64,000 bases of DNA, taken from contig CAWCKH010000003.1 in the NCBI GenBank assembly GCA_963796055.1, positions 672,001 to 736,000 of the forward strand, written 5' to 3'. Made by a program: the position numbers and the translations under genes. The DNA comes from an uncultured delta proteobacterium (GTDB taxonomy: Bacteria > Myxococcota > Myxococcia > Myxococcales > Myxococcaceae). This document shows, one piece after another, positions 1 through 10,749 of this stretch (the first letter of the stretch is position 1; each line of letters opens with the position of its first letter). Under the pieces are notes generated by a model that was not told where the DNA came from, did no database searches, and worked only from the letters and a program-made list of their open reading frames with translations.

Positions 1-2727
1 GTTCTTCAGCTTCTGCTCCTCGATGAGGAGCATGCGGGCCTGGGCGGCGAGGAACTTGTTGTGGTCGCGCTCCTGGTCCCGGGCCCGCTGCTCGAGGAAG
101 GCCACCGCCTTGCCGTTCTGGTTCATGCGCTCGTGCAGGTCGGCGATCGAGCGCGCGACCGTCTCCGAGTCCTTGGCCGCCGGCCAGATCTCGAGGTAGC
201 GCTCGCGGTCCTTGAGGGCCTGGCGGAGCTGACCGAGCCCCTCACGGTAGACGCCGGCGTTGAACAGGGCGATCTGCGCCTTGGACTCCTCCCAGACCGG
301 CCCCTCCTTCTTCGGCTCCTCCACCGGCGCCTTGGCCTGCCTGCCCTTCTTCTTGCTCCCCCTCTTCGACTTGTCGGCGGGAACCAGCTGCTTCTCGAAG
401 CCACGGACGTACAGCTCGTAGGCGTCGGCGGCGTGCTCGAAGTCGCCGATCGCCTCGTAGCCCTCGGCGTTGGCCCACTGGCATACGGGGACCAGCGGGC
501 TGTGCGGGTAGTTGCGGAAGAGCAGCTCGCGGGTGGCGAGCGCCTTCTCCAGCATGTGCGCCCGGTAGAAATCGGTCGAGGCGTTGTAGAGCGCCTTGTC
601 CGCGATCTGGGTCCGGGGGAAGTCCTTCACGAAGTCCAGGTAGGCCTGGGCCGCGGCGGCGTACTCGTGCTTCTCCTCCAGCTGACTCACCAGCTTGAAG
701 CTCGACTGCTCGATGACCTTCGCCAGCTCTTCCTTGAACTTGCCGGTGGCGAGCTTGTCGTTGGCGTAGAAGCGCCGGGCCCACTCGTTGACCTTCTTGT
801 AGTCGCCGAGCGCGTTGTACGAGTCGAGGACCAGGTTGGCGGCGATCTCGCCGGCGCGGTCTCCGTTGTCGAACTTGTGGTCCGGCGCGTTGAGGGCGAT
901 CTCGCTGAACCGGAACACCGCCTCGTCGTAGCGGTGATGGTCGTAGTAGAGCTTCGCCGCCTTGTAGGCGACCTCCACCCGCTTCTCGCCCCGGGGCAGG
1001 TACTTGAGGTAGCGCTCGCAGGCGTCGATCAGGACTTTCCGCTGCGGGGCGAAGGGCACCACCGTCTTGAGGTCGGTCCCGCTGGGCGGCTTCAGCTCGC
1101 CCTTCTGCTCGGCGCGGCGCACCACCTCGTCACCGGCGTAGACCGCGTTGAACGCCGCGTTGGGTAGCCACTTGCCCGGCTTCTGCTTGCCGTCGATGGC
1201 CTTGCCATCCTGCGTGACCACCCAGGTGTACTGCTGCTCGGCCTCGGGGTACTTCCGGAGGTAATCATTGAGAAGCTCGCCCCAGTAGAAGTGCAGGTCG
1301 TAGGACTTCTTGTTGTCGGGGAAGAGCGTCAGGTAGTCGGCGTAGACCTCGTTGGCGTACTCGAAGGTGTCGTCGTCCCGGGTCTTCCGCCCCTCGATGT
1401 GCCAGTTGACGGCGATGTTGGAGAGGGTGCGCTCGGACAGGTCCTTGGCCGAGGCCATGGCCTTCTTGTCCGCATCGGTCTTGACGTTGCCCGACTTCTC
1501 GACGTCGCCGATGACCTTCACCAGCTTGCGGATCTGGGCCACCGTCTGCTTCTTGTCGCCGGCGCGGAGCACGCAGTCGACGATGCGGCTCTGCCAGCCC
1601 GGCGTCTTGGCGATGAGTGGCTTCTCCTTGATCAGGAAGCTGTAGGCCAGCGCCGCATCGCGGTCCTTGCCCGCGTCGTAGTAGAGGCTGGCCAGCAGCT
1701 CCATCATCCCGAAGCGATCGTCCGGGTTGCTGGCCACGGTGCTGAAGTTCTCCTTCGCCTGCTGTGGGAGCAACCCGGCGCGCTCGTAGGCCCGGACGTA
1801 GTCGTTTCGCGCCTCGCGGATCAGGGTGGCCTTGCCCTTGGCGCCACCCTGCTTCTCCAGCGCCGAGGCGCCGGTGAACTCGCCGTAGAGGACGGTGGCC
1901 TTGAAGAGGTCCATCGCCCGCGGGTAGTCGGTGAGGTTGAAATGGCACCACCCCTGCTTGTAGAGCGCGAATCCGTAGATCGAGCTCTCGGGGTAGTTGG
2001 CCGCCGACTTGTACGCCTCCAGCGCCTTGAGCAGCCAGTCACGGCGGCCCTTGCTGTTGTTGAAGTAGTACTCGCCGAAGGCCAGGTAGGCGTCGGGCAC
2101 GAAGCGCGACTTGGGGTAGTCCTTGACCAGCTTGCCGTAGGCGATGAGGGCCTTCTTCTCCTCGTTGAGGTCCATCAGGTTGTGGGCCAGGAAGAAGAGC
2201 ACCTCGTCGGTGCGCGGGTAGTCGCGGTACTTCTGGACGATCTGGGTGTACTGGTTGACCGCCAGCTTGGCGTTGGCGTCGCGCTGGACCATCAGCGTCG
2301 CCTTCTCCTTCTTGGCCTTCTCTTGAAGGGCGACGTCCTTGGTCGCCAGCCCGCGGATGAGATCGTCGTCCTTGCGGTTCGCCTGGAAGAAGTAGTCGCG
2401 CGATTCCTCGAAGTAGAGCTCGCCGAGGCGGAAGAGGAGGTCCGGGGTCTCCTTCGAGTCGCCGGACAGCTCGATGATCCGCTGGAGCGAGTCGATCTGG
2501 CTCCGGCGCTTGTCCGAGATCTGCCGCTCCACGCCGAGCTGGAAATGGTCGTACTCGAGCGGGGCGCCGCCGGTGTCCTCCTTCTTCCGCGTGATGTCGC
2601 CGGCGAGCGACGAGTCCAGCGTCGTCTGCTCCTTCTTTCCGAGCGTTTGCTCCTTCGGTGCGCGGGCCGTGTCGGCCGCATGCGCGAACATGGGAACCGT
2701 CAGGAGAAGAACGAGGGAGCGTCGCAT
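1..2727 (-). CDS. gltD: Large exported TPR protein of the GltD/AgmU (NfsD-like) gliding-motility family; 3' part runs off the window
   Basis: Manual translation from ATG 2727: signal peptide MRRSLVLLLTVPMFAHAA, then PDLLFRLGELYFEES, YPRTDEVLFFLAHNL, YPKSRFVPDAYLAFGEYYF and further TPRs. Frame appears open to base 1, so it is absent from the ORF track. The neighbourhood (groEL, smc) resembles the M. xanthus agmU region. Confidence 0.75.
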   Translation of the reverse strand, partial: MRRSLVLLLTVPMFAHAADTARAPKEQTLGKKEQTTLDSSLAGDITRKKEDTGGAPLEYDHFQLGVERQISDKRRSQIDSLQRIIELSGDSKETPDLLFRLGELYFEESRDYFFQANRKDDDLIRGLATKDVALQEKAKKEKATLMVQRDANAKLAVNQYTQIVQKYRDYPRTDEVLFFLAHNLMDLNEEKKALIAYGKLVKDYPKSRFVPDAYLAFGEYYFNNSKGRRDWLLKALEAYKSAANYPESSIYGFALYKQGWCHFNLTDYPRAMDLFKATVLYGEFTGASALEKQGGAKGKATLIREARNDYVRAYERAGLLPQQAKENFSTVASNPDDRFGMMELLASLYYDAGKDRDAALAYSFLIKEKPLIAKTPGWQSRIVDCVLRAGDKKQTVAQIRKLVKVIGDVEKSGNVKTDADKKAMASAKDLSERTLSNIAVNWHIEGRKTRDDDTFEYANEVYADYLTLFPDNKKSYDLHFYWGELLNDYLRKYPEAEQQYTWVVTQDGKAIDGKQKPGKWLPNAAFNAVYAGDEVVRRAEQKGELKPPSGTDLKTVVPFAPQRKVLIDACERYLKYLPRGEKRVEVAYKAAKLYYDHHRYDEAVFRFSEIALNAPDHKFDNGDRAGEIAANLVLDSYNALGDYKKVNEWARRFYANDKLATGKFKEELAKVIEQSSFKLVSQLEEKHEYAAAAQAYLDFVKDFPRTQIADKALYNASTDFYRAHMLEKALATRELLFRNYPHSPLVPVCQWANAEGYEAIGDFEHAADAYELYVRGFEKQLVPADKSKRGSKKKGRQAKAPVEEPKKEGPVWEESKAQIALFNAGVYREGLGQLRQALKDRERYLEIWPAAKDSETVARSIADLHERMNQNGKAVAFLEQRARDQERDHNKFLAAQARMLLIEEQKLKN

Positions 2728-2907
2728 GTGGATGTGGACTCCGGACCCGTGTACCCAGGCGCCTTGGCCGGTGTTCGTACGAGCGGGCAAGCCATTGATC
2801 GTCTTGGGAATTTCTTCGGAGTTGCAGCGGCATCATCCTCAACCTCCTGACGGGAGGTCAACCGGGCCCACCCCTCGACCGGCCGCCTGCTCAGGTGGAG
2901 GTGTGGA

Positions 2908-3219
2908 ATGAGTCTTCTTCCGCCCACCTCGACCTTCGCCGAGCGTGTGGAAGTGCTCTTCGCCGTGGTGCGAGGGCGCGGGCTGGCGCTCGGCGCCCTG
3001 GACCGGGAGCTGCTCGGGCGGTGGTCGGAGTCTGGAGTCCCGCTGGAGGTGGTCGCACGTGGGCTACTTCGCGCGGCCGAGCGGGCGCGGTGGAACGGCC
3101 CGGTGGGCGCCGCCCCGCGCTCGCTCCGTGCCTGCCGTCCGGAAGTGGAGGAGGAAATCGAGGCGTGGAAGCTCCGCAGCGTGGGCGCCGGCAGCAGCCG
3201 AAAGGGCGACGGTGTCTGA
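2908..3219 (+). CDS. Small hypothetical protein (possibly DnaD-like helical domain) upstream of the DnaC-like ATPase
   Basis: 103-aa ORF with SD-like GGAGG upstream; LDRELLGRWSESGVPLEVVARGL...RSLRACRPEVE reads like a real helical protein. Confidence 0.7.
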   Translation: MSLLPPTSTFAERVEVLFAVVRGRGLALGALDRELLGRWSESGVPLEVVARGLLRAAERARWNGPVGAAPRSLRACRPEVEEEIEAWKLRSVGAGSSRKGDGV

Positions 3220-3486
3220 AACCGGTGGGTTTCCTGTGGACGTCATGTGCGCGACCGGCGATCATCCTGGGGATCGCGGGTCCGCGCGCGCCGGCATCAT
3301 TCGGCCGCGGACGATTCCGCTCGCAGCGTCGATCGCGCGCACGATCGATCGCGCGAGCCCGGAACGCATGTCCACCTTGCGCGTGCAGCGCCCGGAGATG
3401 GTACACGACGCGGTTCCTCGGTCCCGAGCGCTGCGCGGCATGACGCCACGCACCTGGGGACGTCGCGACTGAGGCCACACGACGAC

Positions 3487-4458
3487 ATGGAAGCCCTTGC
3501 CACCACCTCCAGCTGCCCCGAGTGCCGGGGTGACGGCTACCGGGTCGAGGCCGAGGTCCAGCCCGGCCCAGGCGACGGCGAGGGACGACGCGCACGGGCG
3601 GTGGCCCGGGTGTGCATCTGCCGCGAGCGCTGCCCGCACTGCGAGGGGCGCGGCTTCGTCTACACCGCGCGCCAGGTCGAGTTCAGCAGGAAGGTCGGTC
3701 CGAGGACCTACGAGGCGCTGGTTCCGTGCGTGTGCCGGCTCCTGGCGCAGCGGGTGGCCAACTTCGCCCAGGTGGGCATCCCCGCCCACCACGCGACCAG
3801 CAGCTTCACCACCTTCCGCGCCAAGGGGGACGACCAGGAGAAGACCGCCGCGCTGGAGCAGGCGCTCGGCGTCGCCCGCGCCGTGGCGCAGGAGTGGCGG
3901 CGCGATCGGCCGGCGCGTGGCTTCGTCCTCTCCGGCCGGGTGGGCTCGGGGAAGACGCATCTGCTCTCGGCCACCTTGCGGCATCTGGTGCTGGAGCGCG
4001 GCGCCTCGGCGCAGTACCGGGAGATTTCCCTGCTCTTCGCCGACATCCGCCGCGGGTTCAACGCCGGGAAGAGTGGCGGGGAGATCATCGCCCGGCTGGT
4101 GGACGCCGACGTGCTGGCCATCGACGAGCTCGGCCGCGGGCGGGGCAGCCCCTTCGAGATGGAGACGCTCGACGAGCTGATCGCCCGCCGCTACAACTCC
4201 GGGCTCACCACCATCGTCGCCACCAACTTCTCGCTCGAGCGCGAGCGGCCGCCGTCCACGGGGCCCCGGGGCTTTCAGGCGCCGGCGCAGGCCCTGGAGG
4301 AACGTGAGGAGCTGCTGGTGGAGCGGATCGGCGAGCGCATCTACAGCCGGCTCTGCGAGATGTGCGACTTCGTCTCGCTTCCGGCCCGCACCGACGACTT
4401 CCGGCGCACCAAGCAGGACGGACGCCCCACGCGGCGGCTGGTGCGCCCGGCGTCGTAG
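3487..4458 (+). CDS. DnaC/IstB-like AAA+ ATPase with N-terminal Zn-binding Cys clusters
   Basis: CPECRGDG, CICRERCPHCEGRG, CVC; Walker A GRVGSGKT; Walker B LAIDELG; ATNF and ERIYSRLCEMC. Confidence 0.85.
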   Translation: MEALATTSSCPECRGDGYRVEAEVQPGPGDGEGRRARAVARVCICRERCPHCEGRGFVYTARQVEFSRKVGPRTYEALVPCVCRLLAQRVANFAQVGIPAHHATSSFTTFRAKGDDQEKTAALEQALGVARAVAQEWRRDRPARGFVLSGRVGSGKTHLLSATLRHLVLERGASAQYREISLLFADIRRGFNAGKSGGEIIARLVDADVLAIDELGRGRGSPFEMETLDELIARRYNSGLTTIVATNFSLERERPPSTGPRGFQAPAQALEEREELLVERIGERIYSRLCEMCDFVSLPARTDDFRRTKQDGRPTRRLVRPAS

Positions 4459-5678
4459 TGCGGAGGCCCCGCCGCAGCCTTCACTCGGGCCGGGCCGTCG
4501 TCCGAGCGCTGCGCGTCGCAGCCTGGGCCGCCGTCCCCAGCCTGCTGGGGGGATGGGCGGTCGGGGAACCAGACCTGTGTGTCATCTCCCGCCACTCCGG
4601 AGAGATCCTCGCCGGAGACGATTTCGAGCTGCTCGACTCGATTCCACGCCGCGCGCTGCAGCTCGCCGAGTCCGTTCGCGTCGCGGCAGAGGCGGGAAGA
4701 GGCGCGTGGCAGGTGGGAGGCGGCTACGAGGTCCAACTGGAGCGCGATCGCATCGTGGTGCGCGCTGGCCACGCCCGGGAGCTGCCTGCCACCACCCGCG
4801 GGGATGATCCGGTCGAGGTCCAGGTATTCGGGCTGGTCGGGTCGGAGCGGGTGAACGTCCTCTGCCGCGGGCGCGCTGTCCGGGTCAGCTCCAGCGAGAC
4901 CGAGGACCTCCCTCCGGGGTGGCAGTCGCTCCGGAGCGTGCTCGGCAGGGGCGCCATCCTGTGCACCTCCGGGCCGTGGCTGGTCCGGGTGGCGGGGAGC
5001 AAACCGCGTCCGTACGCAGGCGTCCTTTCCTTCCGTCCGTTGCCCGACCGGCCCCCGGAGCCTGGGAGCACCCGGCGAGAGGCGCGGGCCCGGCGGGGCT
5101 CGGAGGTCATCTTCCGCACGACGCTCTCCGCGTACGTCGCGGGCGTCCTGGCGGCGGAGCAGGCGGGGCTGACCGGCGAGGCGGCGATCGCGCTGGCGCA
5201 GGTCATCGCCCACGATGCCCGCGTCGAGCGCCATCCCGGGCGGCCTCTGTGTGACACCACCCATTGCCAGGTGTTCCTCGGGACGGCGCCGGCGACCGCC
5301 GCAGTGACCGAAGCGCTCGCCTTGTCCGAGCTGCCCACGACGCGGTGGCTCCCCTACTTCCAGGGTGGGGACGAGCCGTGGGAGACCCGGCGCCCGGCGG
5401 CGGACGTGCGGGCATTGCTGGGCGAGGCGAAGCGCTTCGGCGGAGACGGACGCACCCTCGAGGTGACGAGGCTCGGTGGCGTCGAGCGTGTTCCCTGTGA
5501 GCCGGTCCGGGCCGCGCTGCGCCTGCCGAGCTGTCCCACCGACGGCCGCTTCGACGGCGAGAGCGTCCGGATACGCGGACGCGGGCGCGGACACGGTCTA
5601 GGGCTCGACGTGGAGGCCGCGCGGAGGTCGGGGCTGAGCGCGGCCGAGCTGCTCCGACGCGCCTACGGGCTCCCGTAG
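4458..5678 (+). CDS. SpoIID/LytB-domain (YfaQ-like) protein
   Basis: YVAGVLAAE, LCDTTHCQVFLG, GRGRGHGLGL; GTG start overlaps the upstream TAG. Confidence 0.7.
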   Translation: MRRPRRSLHSGRAVVRALRVAAWAAVPSLLGGWAVGEPDLCVISRHSGEILAGDDFELLDSIPRRALQLAESVRVAAEAGRGAWQVGGGYEVQLERDRIVVRAGHARELPATTRGDDPVEVQVFGLVGSERVNVLCRGRAVRVSSSETEDLPPGWQSLRSVLGRGAILCTSGPWLVRVAGSKPRPYAGVLSFRPLPDRPPEPGSTRREARARRGSEVIFRTTLSAYVAGVLAAEQAGLTGEAAIALAQVIAHDARVERHPGRPLCDTTHCQVFLGTAPATAAVTEALALSELPTTRWLPYFQGGDEPWETRRPAADVRALLGEAKRFGGDGRTLEVTRLGGVERVPCEPVRAALRLPSCPTDGRFDGESVRIRGRGRGHGLGLDVEAARRSGLSAAELLRRAYGLP

Positions 5679-5786
5679 TCCGAGAAGGTCCCAGTTCGAG
5701 GCGAGCGGCACCTGAGCGTGGAACGAGCTCACCGGCCCGCATTTCTTGGCGGCGTGGCGGCCAGGCAGCCGCTAAGTCGCCACGTC

Positions 5787-6341
5787 ATGAGCCACCCCAC
5801 TCGCGGGTTTCACGTTCGCCAGGCCCGTCCGGAGGAACTCGCCGCACTCGGCCGGCTCGTCGCGGACAGCTATGCCGCGCTCCCGGGGATGCCGGGACCC
5901 GAAGAGCAAACGGCGTACTACGCAATGGTGCGTGACGCGGCAGCGCGCGCGCGCAACCCGGCCATCCGCATCCTCGCCGCGGTCACGCTCGACGGCGAGT
6001 TGCTCGGAAGCGCCGACCTGATCGAGGACATGGCCCACTACGGCTCGGGAGGGACGGCCAGCATGCGGGTCGATGCGGCAGGCATCCGCCTGCTCGCAGT
6101 CGCGCCCGCGGCGCGCGGTCGCGGCGTCGGCAAAGCGCTCACGCGCCACTGCATCGAGCACGCTCAAGCCCTGGGCAGGTCCAGCGTCGTCCTGCACACC
6201 ACCCGGGCGATGGAGACAGCGTGGGGGCTGTACGAGCAACTCGGGTTCCAGCGCGCCCCGGACCTCGACTTCCGGCAGGGAGCCCTGGAGGTCTTCGGGT
6301 TCGAGCTCAAGCTCCCGGCCCGAGCGACGGCCCTGCGATAG
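5787..6341 (+). CDS. GNAT family N-acetyltransferase
   Basis: IRLLAVAPAARGRGVGKAL acetyl-CoA motif; LYEQLGF. Confidence 0.85.
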   Translation: MSHPTRGFHVRQARPEELAALGRLVADSYAALPGMPGPEEQTAYYAMVRDAAARARNPAIRILAAVTLDGELLGSADLIEDMAHYGSGGTASMRVDAAGIRLLAVAPAARGRGVGKALTRHCIEHAQALGRSSVVLHTTRAMETAWGLYEQLGFQRAPDLDFRQGALEVFGFELKLPARATALR

Positions 6342-6344
6342 GTT

Positions 6345-7502
6345 CTAGCGGGTCACCCGGTGGAGCTCGCGGGCGAGCCCCCCCACCTGTGGCCCGTCCA
6401 CCACGAAGGTCAGCTGGAGCGGGGAGCCGTGCAGCGCGCAGACCTCCACGCCGAGCGCGGCCGCCGTCCCGAGACACCCGGCCAGCAGCGCGCTGTCGGT
6501 CCCCACTCCCGGGCCGGCCAGGGTGACCGTCCCCAGCCCCGGCCGCGGCTCGGCCCCGAGCGCCCGGGCGCGCGCGTCGAAGGCCTGGACCCCGTGAACG
6601 TCCTGCAGCGGCACCACCAGGAGGAGCCGCCCTGCCCCGCCCCGCGTCCCGGCCACCAGACGCAGGCGAATCTCGTGCTCGGCCAAGCTCCGGAGCACGG
6701 CCTCGAGCTGCGCCTCCGGGACCTCGAGCACCCGTACCTCGGTGTCGCTGGCCACGGCGCGCACCGGGGCCGGGTCCGGGCCGATGCGCGATCCGGTGCC
6801 CTCGCCATGGGTGCTGCGAGCGTCGATGACGATGCCGGCGCTGCGGGCGAACTCCACCGCCTGGGCGTTGAGCACCCGGGCGCCCGCCGCAGCGAGCTCC
6901 TGCATCGTCCCGTAGTCCAGGGTCTGCATCTTCCGCGCCTCGGGCACCACCCGGGGATCGGCCGAGAACACCCCGTCCACGTCGGAGTAGATCTCGCACG
7001 CCTCTGCGCCGAGCGCCGCTGCCAGCGCCACCGCGGTGGTGTCGCTCCCGCCACGGCCCAGGGTGGTCACCTCCCGGTTCCGGGAGACGCCCTGGTACCC
7101 GGCGACGATGACCACCTTCCCCTTGCTCAGCTCCTCGCGAATCCGCACCGGGCGCACCTCGACGATGCGCGCCTGGGCGTGGGTGTCGTCGGTGATGATG
7201 CCGCTCTGGCTCCCAGTGAAGCTGATCGCCGGGACCCCCTGCTCGTGGAGGGCCATCGAGAGCAGGGCCATGCTGATGCGCTCCCCGCACGTGAGCAGCA
7301 TGTCCAGCTCCCGGCGGGGAGGGTCGGCCGACATCCTCCTGGCCAGCGAGAGGAGCTCGTCGGTGGTGTCGCCCATGGCCGAGACCACCACCACCAGCTG
7401 GTGTCCCTCGGCCCGCCTGGCCGCCACCCGTGCGGCCACCTTGCGAATTCGCTCCACGTCTGCGACGGAGGAGCCCCCGAACTTCTGGACGATGACGCTC
7501 AT
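6345..7502 (-). CDS. lysC: Aspartate kinase
   Basis: [50 protein letters not shown]; true start 7502 lies inside the 1473-aa track ORF. Confidence 0.92.
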   Translation of the reverse strand: MSVIVQKFGGSSVADVERIRKVAARVAARRAEGHQLVVVVSAMGDTTDELLSLARRMSADPPRRELDMLLTCGERISMALLSMALHEQGVPAISFTGSQSGIITDDTHAQARIVEVRPVRIREELSKGKVVIVAGYQGVSRNREVTTLGRGGSDTTAVALAAALGAEACEIYSDVDGVFSADPRVVPEARKMQTLDYGTMQELAAAGARVLNAQAVEFARSAGIVIDARSTHGEGTGSRIGPDPAPVRAVASDTEVRVLEVPEAQLEAVLRSLAEHEIRLRLVAGTRGGAGRLLLVVPLQDVHGVQAFDARARALGAEPRPGLGTVTLAGPGVGTDSALLAGCLGTAAALGVEVCALHGSPLQLTFVVDGPQVGGLARELHRVTR

Positions 7503-7560
7503 GTCAGGTCGTTGCCACTGCACCGGGCGGGCCACGGAAAGAACCGGGCCTCCCCGTGTG

Positions 7561-7588
7561 TTGACAGACCGGTGCCCATCCATAGTAT
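7561..7588 (+). promoter_or_regulatory. sigma70-type promoter of the ABC operon
   Basis: TTGACA (7561-7566), 16 nt, TAGTAT (7583-7588), about 30 nt before ATG 7620. Confidence 0.6.
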
Positions 7589-7619
7589 CGCGCGCCCGCT
7601 CGCGAGGAACGACACTCAG

Positions 7620-8354
7620 ATGACGGCGATGATCGAGGTCACCGGGCTCAGCAAGCGCTACCGCGACCGGATTGCGGTGGAGGAGCTGACGTTCAGCGTC
7701 CCGGAGGGGGAGATCCTGGGCTTTCTCGGGCCGAACGGGGCCGGGAAGTCCACCACCATGCGGATCCTCACCGGTTACCTCCCCGCCTCGAGCGGGACGG
7801 TGAAGGTCGCGGGGTTCGACGTCTTCGAAGAGCCCTACGAGGTCAAGCGGAGGATCGGCTACCTGCCGGAGACGCCCCCGCTCTACCCGGAGATGACGGT
7901 GCGCGGATATTTGAAGTTCGTCGCCTCCATCAAGGGCGTCCGGCGCGGTCAGATGGCCGCGGAGCTGGAGCGCGTCGCCCACGCCACCGGGGTCTCCGAG
8001 GTGACGGAGCGGCTGATCCAGAACCTGTCCAAGGGGTACCGGCAGCGGGTGGGCATCGCCCAGGCCCTGCTGGGGAATCCGCCCGTGCTGATCCTCGACG
8101 AGCCCACCGAGGGCCTCGACCCGAGCCAGCGCGCCGAGATGCGCCAGCTCATCAAGGGGCTGGCCGGACAGCACACCGTCATCCTCAGCACCCACATTCT
8201 CTCGGAGGTCACCATGACCTGCGAGCGGGTGCTCATTCTCAACCAGGGACGGATGGTGGCCTTCGACGAGATCCGCAAGCTCGCCCACGCGCTGGGCGGA
8301 GGCGACCAGACCTCCCTGGAGGACATCTTCCTCAAGCTCACCGCCGCTGCCTGA
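7620..8354 (+). CDS. ABC transporter ATP-binding protein (GldA-like)
   Basis: [17 protein letters not shown] signature, [11 protein letters not shown]. Confidence 0.92.
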   Translation: MTAMIEVTGLSKRYRDRIAVEELTFSVPEGEILGFLGPNGAGKSTTMRILTGYLPASSGTVKVAGFDVFEEPYEVKRRIGYLPETPPLYPEMTVRGYLKFVASIKGVRRGQMAAELERVAHATGVSEVTERLIQNLSKGYRQRVGIAQALLGNPPVLILDEPTEGLDPSQRAEMRQLIKGLAGQHTVILSTHILSEVTMTCERVLILNQGRMVAFDEIRKLAHALGGGDQTSLEDIFLKLTAAA

Positions 8355-8369
8355 CGGAGCACGATCCGC

Positions 8370-9173
8370 ATGCGAAACGCGCTGGCCATCGCCCGCAAGG
8401 AGCTGGGCATCTACTTCAGCACGCCGTGGGCCTACGTGGTCTTCACCGCGATGCTCGGAATCAGCTCCTTCTTCTTCGTCAACCTCCTGGCCACCTTCAA
8501 GGAGGTGCAGGGCCTCGCCCGGGTGTACGGCTGGGCGCGCCTGCCGCCCGAGTACGGGCAGTTCAAGAACCTGACCGACGGCATCGTGGTCCAGCTCTGG
8601 GACGTGATCGGGGTGATCACCCTCTTCGTCGCCCCGTTCCTCTCCATGCGGCTGTTCGCCGAGGAGAAGAGGAACAAGACCTTCGAGCTGCTGATGACCG
8701 CCCCGGTGCGCCCCTGGGAGATCGTCCTCGGCAAGTACCTCGGGGGGGTGGGCGTCATCTGGGCCACCCTGGGCCTCACCATCATCTTCCCCATCACCCT
8801 CTCGCTCTTCGGCTCCAGCGAGTCCGGGACGGCGCTGGAGTGGAGCACGGTGGCGCTCGGGTTCGGCGGGCTCCTCCTCTGGGGGGCCACCTGCCTCGGG
8901 GTGGGGATGTTCGTCTCGGCGCTCACCGAGAGCCAGATGCTGGCCGCGTTCCTCACCTTCGCCATCCTGCTCCCCTGGATGCTGCTCCGCGGCCTGGCCC
9001 AGAGCGCCGAGGAGCCGTGGCGGAGCATCGCCAACCACCTCTCGTTCAGCTCGCAGCTCTCCACGCTCTCTCGCGGAGTGCTGGACCTCAAGGCGCTGGT
9101 CTTCTTCGCCTCGGTGATCCTCTTCTCGCTGCTGCTCACCCACCGCACGGTGGAAGCACAGCGCTGGGCCTGA
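8370..9173 (+). CDS. ABC-2 type permease (GldF-like)
   Basis: [32 protein letters not shown], multiple TM helices. Confidence 0.9.
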   Translation: MRNALAIARKELGIYFSTPWAYVVFTAMLGISSFFFVNLLATFKEVQGLARVYGWARLPPEYGQFKNLTDGIVVQLWDVIGVITLFVAPFLSMRLFAEEKRNKTFELLMTAPVRPWEIVLGKYLGGVGVIWATLGLTIIFPITLSLFGSSESGTALEWSTVALGFGGLLLWGATCLGVGMFVSALTESQMLAAFLTFAILLPWMLLRGLAQSAEEPWRSIANHLSFSSQLSTLSRGVLDLKALVFFASVILFSLLLTHRTVEAQRWA

Positions 9174-9176
9174 CCG

Positions 9177-10748
9177 ATGAACCTCCGCACCCTGGGAAAG
9201 ATCCTCGGAGCGCTGGGGCTGGTGGCCCTGCTCTCCGCCCCCTACACCTACTTCGTGACCACCGGCTCGCCGTGGATGGCCGCGACGAAGGCGATCCTCG
9301 GCGTGCTCCTGCTGGGCGCGTACTTCGGGACCAACCTCGGTGAGTTCGGGCAGTTCGCCTCGCGCCGGAGCACCTTCTACCTCGGGTCGACCATCGCCAC
9401 GGTGCTGGTCGTCCTGGTGGGGCTGGTGGCGGTCAACTACGTGGTGGTCAAGAAGGGCAAGAGCTGGGACCTGACCACCAAGAAGATCTTCACCCTCGCT
9501 CCGCAGACCAGGAGCGCACTCGCGGGGCTCAAGGAGAAGGTGCGGGCCTACGCCTTCCTCGCCCCCAGCGACCCGGACTACGAGCAGGTGGACCGGCTCC
9601 TCCAGCGCTACCGGGAGCAGGCGCCCGACAGGTTCGAGGTGTTGTTCAAGGACCCGCGCAAGGCCCCCGACCTCGCCCAGAAGTACCAGCTGCGCGAAGG
9701 GCAGACGACCCTGGTCCTCACCCGCGGAACGGGCGACAAGGAGAACCACACCACCGTCTCGGTCTCCAACGGGGTCACCGAGCAGGACCTCACCAACGCG
9801 CTGATCAAGCTGAACGCGGTGGGTGAGCAGAAGGTGTACTTCACCACCGGCCACGGCGAGTGGCCGCTCGAACCACGCGAGGCCCGCGACCCGGCGTCGC
9901 TGAGCGAGCTGAAGAAGACGCTGATCCAGGAAGGCTACGTCCCGGGCACCCTCAACCTCGCCGATGGCAAGGAGATCCCCAAGGACGCCTCGGTGGTGGT
10001 GGTGGCCGGGGCCAAGAGCAAGTTCGGCAAGGCAGAGGCCGAGCAGCTCCGCAAGTACCTCGCCCAGGGCGGACGGATGCTGTACTTCGCCGAGGCCGAC
10101 GCCGAGCCCGGGCTCGACCCGCTCCTGGCGAAATACGGCATCCAGGTCGACCCGGGGCTGGTGGCCGACGACGTCTACGCCATCGACAGCCCGTACCTGG
10201 TGGTCTCGCACTTCTTCGGTGACACCGAGCTGGCCCGCGACCTCAAGCGAGCCCAATACAACCTCCAGTTCCCTACCGCCCGCGGCCTGACCGTGCTGCG
10301 CGAGGGACTGGAGGAAGGCACCCAGGTCGCGCCGGTGCTCACCACCTCCCCCAACGGTTTCGAGGTGAAGACGCCCACCGAGAACCCCCAGCGTCAGAGC
10401 GGTGACAAGGCGGGCAGCATCCCGCTCATCGTCCAGTCGACCCGCAACGTCGGCAACGCCGAGGGCAAGCGCAACGACGAGATGCGGCTGGTTGCCTTCG
10501 GCGACTCGGAGATCCTCGTGGACCCCAACTGGGGCGACGAGCCCAACCGGAACATGGTGATGAACGCCTTCGCCTGGGCGACCAGCCAGGTGCAGAAGAT
10601 CACCATCCGCCCGCCGGACCGGGACATCTCCACCCTCGACCTGGACGCGCCGCGGCTGGCCCGCATCCGCTTTCTGGCCACCGACCTGGTGCCCTTCGGG
10701 CTCCTGGGGGTCGGCCTGGCGATCTGGCTCAACCGCCGAAACAAGTGA
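9177..10748 (+). CDS. GldG-like ABC auxiliary membrane protein
   Basis: N-terminal TMs, [22 protein letters not shown]-terminal TM. Confidence 0.85.
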   Translation: MNLRTLGKILGALGLVALLSAPYTYFVTTGSPWMAATKAILGVLLLGAYFGTNLGEFGQFASRRSTFYLGSTIATVLVVLVGLVAVNYVVVKKGKSWDLTTKKIFTLAPQTRSALAGLKEKVRAYAFLAPSDPDYEQVDRLLQRYREQAPDRFEVLFKDPRKAPDLAQKYQLREGQTTLVLTRGTGDKENHTTVSVSNGVTEQDLTNALIKLNAVGEQKVYFTTGHGEWPLEPREARDPASLSELKKTLIQEGYVPGTLNLADGKEIPKDASVVVVAGAKSKFGKAEAEQLRKYLAQGGRMLYFAEADAEPGLDPLLAKYGIQVDPGLVADDVYAIDSPYLVVSHFFGDTELARDLKRAQYNLQFPTARGLTVLREGLEEGTQVAPVLTTSPNGFEVKTPTENPQRQSGDKAGSIPLIVQSTRNVGNAEGKRNDEMRLVAFGDSEILVDPNWGDEPNRNMVMNAFAWATSQVQKITIRPPDRDISTLDLDAPRLARIRFLATDLVPFGLLGVGLAIWLNRRNK

Positions 10749-10749
10749 C

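Noticed and set aside
61..2850. Plus-strand ORFs of 368 and 519 aa
   Set aside because: Antisense to the TPR gene, which the track missed because it lacks an in-window stop.
3220..3486. GATC/CGCG-rich gap as an origin or ncRNA
   Set aside because: No DnaA boxes or AT-rich unwinding element; such short palindromes are expected at this GC content.
3487..4458. IS21 element suggested by the IstB-like ATPase
   Set aside because: No IstA transposase or terminal repeats nearby.
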